Assembly: GCA_051362555.1 (NCBI GenBank)
Contig: CM120645.1
Location: 2,790,001 to 2,854,000, forward strand
Reading direction: 5' to 3'
Source of the DNA: Lingula anatina
Taxonomy: Eukaryota > Animalia > Brachiopoda
DNA: 64,000 nt
Shown here piece after piece: positions 13,801-25,800 of this stretch (positions within the stretch are counted from its first letter, which is position 1; the number at the start of each line of letters is the position of its first letter). Both the position numbers and the translations under genes were made by a program. A model generated the notes under the pieces. That model was not told the origin of the DNA. It made no database searches and saw only the letters and a list, made by a program, of their open reading frames with translations.

Positions 13801-16800
13801 TAGGTCCATAGTTACTATTGAACTTGAATAGGAAGTCATATACTGGCAATCTATATGTGACCTTAAAATTGACCTTTGACCTACTTTTCACCATGAACTG
13901 AACTTTGCAAATTTTTCTTCCCTTTTATCTCCAAAACTGTCAGAGATAGGTCCATAGTTACTATTGAACTTGAATAGGAAGTCATATACTGGCAATCTAA
14001 ATGTGACCTTAAAATTGACCTTTGACCTACTTTTCACCATGAACTGAACTTTGCAAATTTTGCTTTCCTTTTATCTCCAAAACTGGCTGAGAGAGGTCCG
14101 TAGTTACTATTGAACTTGAATAGGAAGTCATATACTGGCAATCTAAATGTGACCTTAAAATTGACCTTTGACCTACTTTTCACCATGAACTGAACTTTGC
14201 AAATTTTGCTTCCGTTTTATCTCCAAAACTGGCAGAGATAGGTCCATAGTTACTATTGAACTTGAATAGGAAGTCATATACTGGCAATCTAAATGTGACC
14301 TTAAAATTGACCTTTGACCTACTTTTCACCATGAACTGAACTTTGCAAATTTTGCTTCCCTTTTATCTCCAAAACTGGCAGAGATAGGTCCATAGTTACT
14401 ATTGAACTTGAATAGGAAGTCATATACTGGCAATCTATATGTGACCTTAAAATTGACCTTTGACCTACTTTTCACCATGAACTGAACTTTGAAAATTTTT
14501 CTTCCATTTTATCGCCAAAACTGGCAGAGATAGGTCCATAGTTACTATTGAACTTGAATAGGAAGTCATATACTGGCAATCTATATGTGACCTTAAAATT
14601 GACCTTTGACCTACTTTTCACCATGAACTGAACTTTGCAAATTTTGCTTTCCTTTTATCTCCAAAACTGGCTGAGAGAGGTCCGTAGTTACTATTGAACT
14701 TGAATAGGAAGTCATATACTGGCAATCTAAATGTGACCTTAAAATTGACCTTTGACCTACTTTTCACCATGAACTGAACTTTGCAAATTTTGCTTCCGTT
14801 TTATCTCCAAAACTGGCAGAGATAGGTCCATAGTTACTATTGAACTTGAATAGGAAGTCATATACTGGCAATCTAAATGTGACCTTAAAATTGACCTTTG
14901 ACCTACTTTTCACCATGAACTGAACTTTGCAAATTTTGCTTCCCTTTTATCTCCAAAACTGGCAGAGATAGGTCCATAGTTACTATTGAACTTGAATAGG
15001 AAGTCATATACTGGCAATATAAATGTGACCTTAAAATTGACCTTTGACCTACTTTTCACCATGAACTGAACTTTGCATGTAAAGCCCATTACTGGAGGTG
15101 GTCTCGGTTTTTTTGTATTCAATACGGTTTTCGAGTTATGCTGTATCAAAAAGTACATATTGGTGGTAAAAGCAAAATGTGCAGTACGGTAATGGATAAT
15201 AAATTTTGAACTCTGGAAAAATAAAACATTAGGCTTGGCAAAACAGACAACTTGTGTTCAAAAATGACATTATGTCATCAAATTTGAACTTCTGAAACTT
15301 CAGAGCACCTTTTATTTCAAGAATTTTGACCAAAATGACATTTTCTTTATTTTAATTAATTTTTTCTGTACGAAATTTAAGGCACATTATGGTAACTCCA
15401 AAATTATAACATTTAGTCCCTTATATCTCCAAAACTGGCAGAGATAGGTCTATATTTACTATTGAAGTTGAATAGGAAGTCATATACTGGCAATCTATAT
15501 GTGACCTTAAAATTGACCTTTGACCTACTTTTCACCATGAACTGAACTTTGCAAATTTTTCTTCCCTTTTATCTCCAAAACTGGCAGAGATAGGTCCATA
15601 GTTACTATTGAACTTGAATAGGAAGTCATATACTGGCAATCTATATGTGACCTTAAAATTGACCTTTAACCTACTTTTCACCATGAACTGAACTTTGCAA
15701 ATTTTTCTTCCATTTTATCGCCAAAACTGGCAGAGATAGGTCCATAGTTACTATTGAACTTGAATAGGAAGTCATATACTGGCAATCTATATGTGACCTT
15801 AAAATTGACCTTTGACCTACTTTTCACCATGAACTGAACTTTGCAAATTTTTCTTCCCTTTTATCTCCAAAACTGTCAGAGATAGGTCCATAGTTACTAT
15901 TGAACTTGAATAGGAAGTCATATACTGGCAATCTAAATGTGACCTTAAAATTGACCTTTGACCTACTTTTCACCATGAACTGAACTTTGCAAATTTTGCT
16001 TTCCTTTTATCTCCAAAACTTGCTGAGAGAGGTCCGTAGTTACTATTGAACTTGAATAGGAAGTCATATACTGGCAATCTAAATGTGACCTTAAAATTGA
16101 CCTTTGACCTACTTTTCACCATGAACTGAACTTTGCAAATTTTGCTTCCGTTTTATCTCCAAAACTGGCAGAGATAGGTCCATAGTTACTATTGAACTTG
16201 AATAGGAAGTCATATACTGGCAATCTAAATGTGACCTTAAAATTGACCTTTGACCTACTTTTCACCATGAACTGAACTTTGCAAATTTTGCTTCCCTTTT
16301 ATCTCCAAAACTGGCAGAGATAGGTCCATAGTTACTATTGAACTTGAATAGGAAGTCATATACTGGCAATCTATATGTGACCTTAAAATTGACCTTTGAC
16401 CTACTTTTCACCATGAACTGAACTTTGAAAATTTTTCTTCCATTTTATCGCCAAAACTGGCAGAGATAGGTCCATAGTTACTATTGAACTTGAATAGGAA
16501 GTCATATACTGGCAATCTATATGTGACCTTAAAATTGACCTTTGACCTACTTTTCACCATGAACTGAACTTTGCAAATTTTTCTTCCATTTATCTCCAAA
16601 ACTGTCAGAGATAGGTCCATAGTTACTATTGAACTTAAATAGGAAGTCATATACTGGCAATCTAAATGTGACCTTAAAATTGACCTTTGACCTACTTTTC
16701 ACCATGAACTGAACTTTGCAAATTTTGCTTTCCTTTTATCTCCAAAACTGGCTGAGAGAGGTCCGTAGTTACTATTGAACTTGAATAGGAAGTAATATAC

Positions 16801-19800
16801 TGGCAATCTAAATGTGACCTTAAAATTGACCTTTGACCTACTTTTCACCATGAACTGAACTTTGCAAATTTTGCTTTCCTTTTATCTCCAAAACTGGCTG
16901 AGAGAGGTCCGTAGTTACTATTGAACTTGAATAGGAAGTCATATACTGGCAATCTAAATGTGACCTTAAAATTGACCTTTGACCTACTTTTCACCATGAA
17001 CTGAACTTTGCAAATTTTGCTTCCCTTTTATCTCCAAAACTGGCAGAGATAGGTCCATAGTTACTATTGAACTTGAATAGGAAGTCATATACTGGCAATA
17101 TAAATGTGACCTTAAAATTGACCTTTGACCTACTTTTCACCATGAACTGAACTTTGCATGTAAAGCCCATTACTGGAGGTGGTCTCGGTTTTTTTGTATT
17201 CCATACGGTTTTCGAGTTACGCTGTATCAAAAAGTACATATTGGTGGTAAAAGCAAAATGTGCAGTACGGTAATGGATAATAAATTTTGAACTCTGGAAA
17301 AATAAAACATTAGGCTTGGCAAAGCAGACAACTTGTGTTCAAAAATGACATTATGTCATCAAATTTGAACTTCTGAAACTTCAGAGCACCTCTTATTTCA
17401 AGAATTTTGACCAAAATGACATTTTCTTAATTTTAATTAATTTTTTCTGTACGAAATTTAAGGCACATTATGGTAACTCCAAAATTATAACATTTAGTCC
17501 CTTATATCTCCAAAACTGGCAGAGATAGGTCTATAGTTACTATTGAAGTTGAATAGGAAGTCATATACTGGCAATCTATATGTGACCTTAAAATTGACCT
17601 TTGACCTACTTTTCACCATGAACTGAACTTTGCAAATTTTTCTTCCCTTTTATCTCCAAAACTGGCAGAGATAGGTCCATAGTTACTATTGAACTTGAAT
17701 AGGAAGTCATATACTGGCAATCTATATGTGACCTTAAAATTGACCTTTGACCTACTTTTCACCATGAACTGAACTTTGCAAATTTTTCTTCCATTTTATC
17801 GCCAAAACTGGCAGAGATAGGTCCATAGTTACTATTGAACTTGAATAGGAAGTCATATACTGGCAATCTATATGTGACCTTAAAATTGACCTTTGACCTA
17901 CTTTTCACCATGAACTGATCTTTGCAAATTTTTCTTCCCTTTTATCTCCAAAACTGTCAGAGATAGGTCCATAGTTACTATTGAACTTGAATAGGAAGTC
18001 ATATACTGGCAATCTAAATGTGACCTTAAAATTGACCTTTGACCTACTTTTCACCATGAACTGAACTTTGCAAATTTTGCTTTCCTTTTATCTCCAAAAC
18101 TGGCTGAGATAGGTCCGTAGTTACTATTGAACTTGAATAGGAAGTCATATACTGGCAATCTAAATGTGACCTTAAAATTGACCTTTGACCTACTTTTCAC
18201 CATGAACTGAACTTTGCAAATTTTGCTTCCGTTTTATCTCCAAAACTGGCAGAGATAGGTCCATAGTTACTATTGAACTTGAATAGGAAGTCATATACTG
18301 GCAATCTAAATGTGACCTTAAAATTGACCTTTGACCTACTTTTCACCATGAACTGAACTTTGCAAATTTTGCTTCCCTTTTATCTCCAAAACTGGCAGAG
18401 ATAGGTCCATAGTTACTATTGAACTTGAATAGGAAGTCATATACTGGCAATATAAATGTGACCTTAAAATTGACCTTTGACCTACTTTTCACCATGAACT
18501 GAACTTTGCATGTAAAGCCCAATACTGGAGGTGGTCTCGGTTTTTTTGTATTCCATACGGTTTTCGAGTTACGCTGTATCAAAAAGTACATATTGGTGGT
18601 AAAAGCAAAATGTGCAGTACGGTAATGGATAATAAATTTTGAACTCTGGAAAAATAAAACATAAGGCTTGGCAAAGCAGACAACTTGTGTTCAAAAATGA
18701 CATTATTTCATCAAATTTGAACTTCTGAAACTTCAGAGCACCTCCTATTTCAAGAATTTTGACCAAAATGACATTTTCTTTATTCTAATTAATTTTTTCT
18801 GTTCGAAATTTAAGGCACATTATGGTAACTCCAAAATTATAACATTTAGTCCCTTATATCTCCAAAACTGGCAGAGATAGGTCCATAGTTACTATTGAAC
18901 TTGAATAGGAAGTCATATACTGGCAATATAAATGTGACCTTAAAATTGACCTTTGACCTACTTTTCACCATGAACTGAACTTTGCAAATTTTGCTTTCCT
19001 TTTATCTCTAAAACTGGCAGAGATAGGTCCATAGTTACTATTGAACTTGAATAGGAAGTCATATACTGGCAATATAAATGTGACCTTAAAATTGACCTTT
19101 GACCTACTTTTCACCATGAACTGAACTTTGCAAATTTTTGCTTCCCTTTTGTCTCCAAAACTGGCAGAGATAGGTCCATAGTTACTATTGAACTTGAATA
19201 GGAAGTCATATACTGGCAATCTAAATGTGACCTTAAAATTCACCTTTGACCTACTTTTCACCATGAACTGAACTTTGCAAATTTTGCTTTCCTTTTATCT
19301 CCAAAACTGGCTGACAGAGGTCCGTAGTTACTATTGAACTTGAATAGGAAGTCATATACTGGCAATCTAAATGTGACCTTAAAATTGACCTTTGACCTAC
19401 TTTTCACCATGAACTGAACTTTGCAAATTTTGCTTCCGTTTTATCTCCAAAACTGGCAGAGATAGGTCCATAGTTACTATTGAACTTGAATAGGAAGTCA
19501 TATACTGGCAATCTAAATGTGACCTTAAAATTGACCTTTGACCTACTTTTCACCATGAACTGAACTTTGCAAATTTTGCTTCCCTTTTATCTCCAAAACT
19601 GGCAGAGATAGGTCCATAGTTACTATTGAACTTGAATAGGAAGTCATATACTGGCAATCTATATGTGACCTTAAAATTGACCTTTGACCTACTTTTCACC
19701 ATGAACTGAACTTTGAAAATTTTTCTTCCATTTTATCGCCAAAACTGGCAGAGATAGGTCCATAGTTACTATTGAACTTGAATAGGAAGTCATATACTGG

Positions 19801-22800
19801 CAATCTATATGTGACCTTAAAATTGACCTTTGACCTACTTTTCACCATGAACTGAACTTTGCAAATTTTGCTTTCCTTTTATCTCCAAAACTGGCTGAGA
19901 GAGGTCCGTAGTTACTATTGAACTTGAATAGGAAGTCATATACTGGCAATCTAAATGTGACCTTAAAATTGACCTTTGACCTACTTTTCACCATGAACTG
20001 AACTTTGCAAATTTTGCTTCCGTTTTATCTCCAAAACTGGCAGAGATGGGTCCATAGTTACTATTGAACTTGAATAGGAAGTCATATACTGGCAATCTAA
20101 ATGTGACCTTAAAATTGACCTTTGACCTACTTTTCACCATGAACTGAACTTTGCAAATTTTGCTTCCCTTTTATCTCCAAAACTGGCAGAGATAGGTCCA
20201 TAGTTACTATTGAACTTGAATAGGAAGTCATATACTGGCAATATAAATGTGACCTTAAAATTGACCTTTGACCTACTTTTCACCATGAACTGAACTTTGC
20301 ATGTAAAGCCCATTACTGGAGGTGGTCTCGGTTTTTTTGTATTCCATACGGTTTTCGAGTTATGCTGTATCAAAAAGTACATATTGGTGGTAAAAGCAAA
20401 ATGTGCAGTACGGTAATGGATAATAAATTTTGAACTCTGGAAAAATAAAACATTAGGCTTGGCAAAACAGACAACTTGTGTTCAAAAATGACATTATGTC
20501 ATCAAATTTGAACTTCTGAAACTTCAGAGCACCTTTTATTTCAAGAATTTTGACCAAAATGACATTTTCTTTATTTTAATTAATTTTTTCTGTACGAAAT
20601 TTAAGGCACATTATGGTAACTCCAAAATTATAACATTTAGTCCCTTATATCTCCAAAACTGGCAGAGATAGGTCTATATTTACTATTGAAGTTGAATAGG
20701 AAGTCATATACTGGCAATCTATATGTGACCTTAAAATTGACCTTTGACCTACTTTTCACCATGAACTGAACTTTGCAAATTTTTCTTCCCTTTTATCTCC
20801 AAAACTGGCAGAGATAGGTCCATAGTTACTATTGAACTTGAATAGGAAGTCATATACTGGCAATCTATATGTGACCTTAAAATTGACCTTTGACCTACTT
20901 TTCACCATGAACTGAACTTTGCAAATTTTTCTTCCATTTTATCGCCAAAACTGGCAGAGATAGGTCCATAGTTACTATTGAACTTGAATAGGAAGTCATA
21001 TACTGGCAATCTATATGTGACCTTAAAATTGACCTTTGACCTACTTTTCACCATGAACTGAACTTTGCAAATTTTTCTTCCCTTTTATCTCCAAAACTGT
21101 CAGAGATAGGTCCATAGTTACTATTGAACTTGAATAGGAAGTCATATACTGGCAATCTAAATGTGACCTTAAAATTGACCTTTGACCTACTTTTCACCAT
21201 GAACTGAACTTTGCAAATTTTGCTTTCCTTTTATCTCCAAAACTGGCTGAGAGAGGTCCGTAGTTACTATTGAACTTGAATAGGAAGTCATATACTGGCA
21301 ATCTAAATGTGACCTTAAAATTGACCTTTGACCTACTTTTCACCATGAACTGAACTTTGCAAATTTTGCTTCCGTTTTATCTCCAAAACTGGCAGAGATA
21401 GGTCCATAGTTACTATTGAACTTGAATAGGAAGTCATATACTGGCAATCTAAATGTGACCTTAAAATTGACCTTTGACCTACTTTTCACCATGAACTGAA
21501 CTTTGCAAATTTTGCTTCCCTTTTATCTCCAAAACTGGCAGAGATAGGTCCATAGTTACTATTGAACTTGAATAGGAAGTCATATACTGGCAATCTATAT
21601 GTGACCTTAAAATTGACCTTTGACCTACTTTTCACCATGAACTGAACTTTGAAAATTTTTCTTCCATTTTATCGCCAAAACTGGCAGAGATAGGTCCATA
21701 GTTACTATTGAACTTGAATAGGAAGTCATATACTGGCAATCTATATGTGACCTTAAAATTGACCTTTGACCTACTTTTCACCATGAACTGAACTTTGCAA
21801 ATTTTTCTTCCATTTATCTCCAAAACTGTCAGAGATAGGTCCATAGTTACTATTGAACTTAAATAGGAAGTCATATACTGGCAATCTAAATGTGACCTTA
21901 AAATTGACCTTTGACCTACTTTTCACCATGAACTGAACTTTGCAAATTTTGCTTTCCTTTTATCTCCAAAACTGGCTGAGAGAGGTCCGTAGTTACTATT
22001 GAACTTGAATAGGAAGTAATATACTGGCAATCTAAATGTGACCTTAAAATTGACCTTTGACCTACTTTTCACCATGAACTGAACTTTGCAAATTTTGCTT
22101 CCGTTTTATCTCCAAAACTGGCAGAGATAGGTCCATAGTTACTATTGAACTTGAATAGGAAGTCATATACTGGCAATCTAAATGTGACCTTAAAATTGAC
22201 CTTTGACCTACTTTTCACCATGAACTGAACTTTGCAAATTTTGCTTCCCTTTTATCTCCAAAACTGGCAGAGATAGGTCCATAGTTACTATTGAACTTGA
22301 ATAGGAAGTCATATACTGGCAATATAAATGTGACCTTAAAATTGACCTTTGACCTACTTTTCACCATGAACTGAACTTTGCATGTAAAGCCCATTACTGG
22401 AGGTGGTCTCGGTTTTTTTGTATTCCATACGGTTTTCGAGTTACGCTGTATCAAAAAGTACATATTGGTGGTAAAAGCAAAATGTGCAGTACGGTAATGG
22501 ATAATAAATTTTGAACTCTGGAAAAATAAAACATTAGGCTTGGCAAAGCAGACAACTTGTGTTCAAAAATGACATTATGTCATCAAATTTGAACTTCTGA
22601 AACTTCAGAGCACCTCTTATTTCAAGAATTTTGACCAAAATGACATTTTCTTAATTTTAATTAATTTTTTCTGTACGAAATTTAAGGCACATTATGGTAA
22701 CTCCAAAATTATAACATTTAGTCCCTTATATCTCCAAAAATGGCAGAGATAGGTCTATAGTTACTATTGAAGTTGAATAGGAAGTCATATACTGGCAATC

Positions 22801-25800
22801 TATATGTGACCTTAAAATTGACCTTTGACCTACTTTTCACCATGAACTGAACTTTGCAAATTTTTCTTCCCTTTTATCTCCAAAACTGGCAGAGATAGGT
22901 CCATAGTTACTATTGAACTTGAATAGGAAGTCATATACTGGCAATCTATATGTGACCTTAAAATTGACCTTTGACCTACTTTTCACCATGAACTGAACTT
23001 TGCAAATTTTTCTTCCATTTTATCGCCAAAACTGGCAGAGATAGGTCCATAGTTACTATTGAACTTGAATAGGAAGTCATATACTGGCAATCTATATGTG
23101 ACCTTAAAATTGACCTTTGACCTACTTTTCACCATGAACTGATCTTTGCAAATTTTTCTTCCCTTTTATCTCCAAAACTGTCAGAGATAGGTCCATAGTT
23201 ACTATTGAACTTGAATAGGAAGTCATATACTGGCAATCTAAATGTGACCTTAAAATTGACCTTTGACCTACTTTTCACCATGAACTGAACTTTGCAAATT
23301 TTGCTTTCCTTTTATCTCCAAAACTGGCTGAGATAGGTCCGTAGTTACTATTGAACTTGAATAGGAAGTCATATACTGGCAATCTAAATGTGACCTTAAA
23401 ATTGACCTTTGACCTACTTTTCACCATGAACTGAACTTTGCAAATTTTGCTTCCGTTTTATCTCCAAAACTGGCAGAGATAGGTCCATAGTTACTATTGA
23501 ACTTGAATAGGAAGTCATATACTGGCAATCTAAATGTGACCTTAAAATTGACCTTTGACCTACTTTTCACCATGAACTGAACTTTGCAAATTTTGCTTCC
23601 CTTTTATCTCCAAAACTGGCAGAGATAGGTCCATAGTTACTATTGAACTTGAATAGGAAGTCATATACTGGCAATATAAATGTGACCTTAAAATTGACCT
23701 TTGACCTACTTTTCACCATGAACTGAACTTTGCATGTAAAGCCCAATACTGGAGGTGGTCTCGGTTTTTTTGTATTCCATACGGTTTTCGAGTTACGCTG
23801 TATCAAAAAGTACATATTGGTGGTAAAAGCAAAATGTGCAGTACGGTAATGGATAATAAATTTTGAACTCTGGAAAAATAAAACATAAGGCTTGGCAAAG
23901 CAGACAACTTGTGTTCAAAAATGACATTATTTCATCAAATTTGAACTTCTGAAACTTCAGAGCACCTCCTATTTCAAGAATTTTGACCAAAATGACATTT
24001 TCTTTATTCTAATTAATTTTTTCTGTTCGAAATTTAAGGCACATTATGGTAACTCCAAAATTATAACATTTAGTCCCTTACATCTCCAAAACTGGCAGAG
24101 ATAGGTCCATAGTTACTATTGAACTTGAATAGGAAGTCATATACTGGCAATATAAATGTGACCTTAAAATTGACCTTTGACCTACTTTTCACCATGAACT
24201 GAACTTTGCAAATTTTGCTTTCCTTTTATCTCTAAAACTGGCAGAGATAGGTCCATAGTTACTATTGAACTTGAATAGGAAGTCATATACTGGCAATATA
24301 AATGTGACCTTAAAATTGACCTTTGACCTACTTTTCACCATGAACTGAACTTTGCAAATTTTTGCTTCCCTTTTGTCTCCAAAACTGGCAGAGATAGGTC
24401 CATAGTTACTATTGAACTTGAATAGGAAGTCATATACTGGCAATCTAAATGTGACCTTAAAATTGACCTTTGACCTACTTTTCACCATGAACTGAACATT
24501 GCAAATTTTGCTTCCCTTTTATCTCCAAAACTGGCAGAGATAGGTCCGTAGTTTCTATTGGACTTGAATAGGAAGTCATATACTGGCAATCTTACTGTGA
24601 CCTTGAAATTGACCTTTGACCTACTTATAATCATGAACTGAACTCTGCTAATTTCTTTCTTTTTTAACTCCAAACCTGGCAGAGATAGGTCCATAGTTAC
24701 TATTGAAGTTGAATAGGAAGTCATATACTGGCAATTTACTGCGACCTTGAAATTGACCTTTGACCTACCTTACGATGAACTTAACTTTGATTGTACCATT
24801 TTAAGTTATATATATTTTTTGCGTATTTTGAAAATTCTTGTTGATTGCATTTTTATAGCTTGTCAAGCATAAGACTGGTGGCTGTGTCCCTTATTTTGTG
24901 TATGTGGGGGTCTATACGAATGCGCTTGCTCCAGCTGGTGGTACAATATTCGGAGGCGGTATCGCCTCTCTGATCCTCTAGTTTATTGTGATAATAAAAA
25001 TATACACAGAATGTTTAAAGTTGAGAACTATTATCAGTAAGATATAATGATTTTGGCTCTGTTATTTACCATAAGGGAGCAATTTGGCAATAAAGTCATT
25101 TTCTCCCTGGGACTGGATGGTAGCAAGATGGCCTTGTGGGTGAATCTTTTTACAGTAATTTGCTGCGTCATCCCAGGACAGTGTAGAACTGACGTAGTAA
25201 TAGTAAGAGGTCTGGTACTGGCTGTATAATGCTGTAAAAGATGGAAACTTTTTCTAGAACATAATCACAAAATTTAATCCTATAGTTTAGGATCAAATAC
25301 TGGCAGTGGAGTTTGCTAACTTAAAGATACAATTTGAAACATTTTCAGCCTCCTGTTTGCTGGGTGTTCATGGCCAAGTTGTGCTTGCATCAGAAATTCT
25401 CTTGTTTTAATTCTAGCCACTTAATGGTTGCACCAGTGAAAAACAATGGCTTCACAAAAATATCCTACTTACCCAATTTTGTGAGAAGATTTATCCTGTC
25501 TGTTAACAGCAGGTTGAACATGTTTTGCTGGTCCGTGTATTTCTGCATCCTTGACACTGCTGAGCTCAAGTCTTTCAATGTGATAGTCACATTGGTCATC
25601 TTGGCATGGGAACTGACCATTTGACGTTGTAAATGCTGTATATCTTTGAGCATTGCCTGCTCCTGGTCGGTCAGATTTCGACTCAGATGCTTGTCAGTTT
25701 CGGAGAGGTTGTTTATTTTCTTCTGAATGTCCATAAACAGGTGACCATGATCAGATACAATAGTCTGGAGCTGTAGAAGATGGCTCTGGATTTGAGAGAG

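Noticed and set aside
14910-24724. Recurrent 80-99 aa ORFs (MVKSRSKVNFKV...) in the satellite
   Set aside because: By-products of the repeat; the 146-bp period breaks frame and there are no domain features.
13140-24790. CRISPR-like repeat/spacer appearance of the array
   Set aside because: Units are 146-bp tandem monomers, the spacers are near-identical to each other, there are no cas genes, and the context is eukaryotic.
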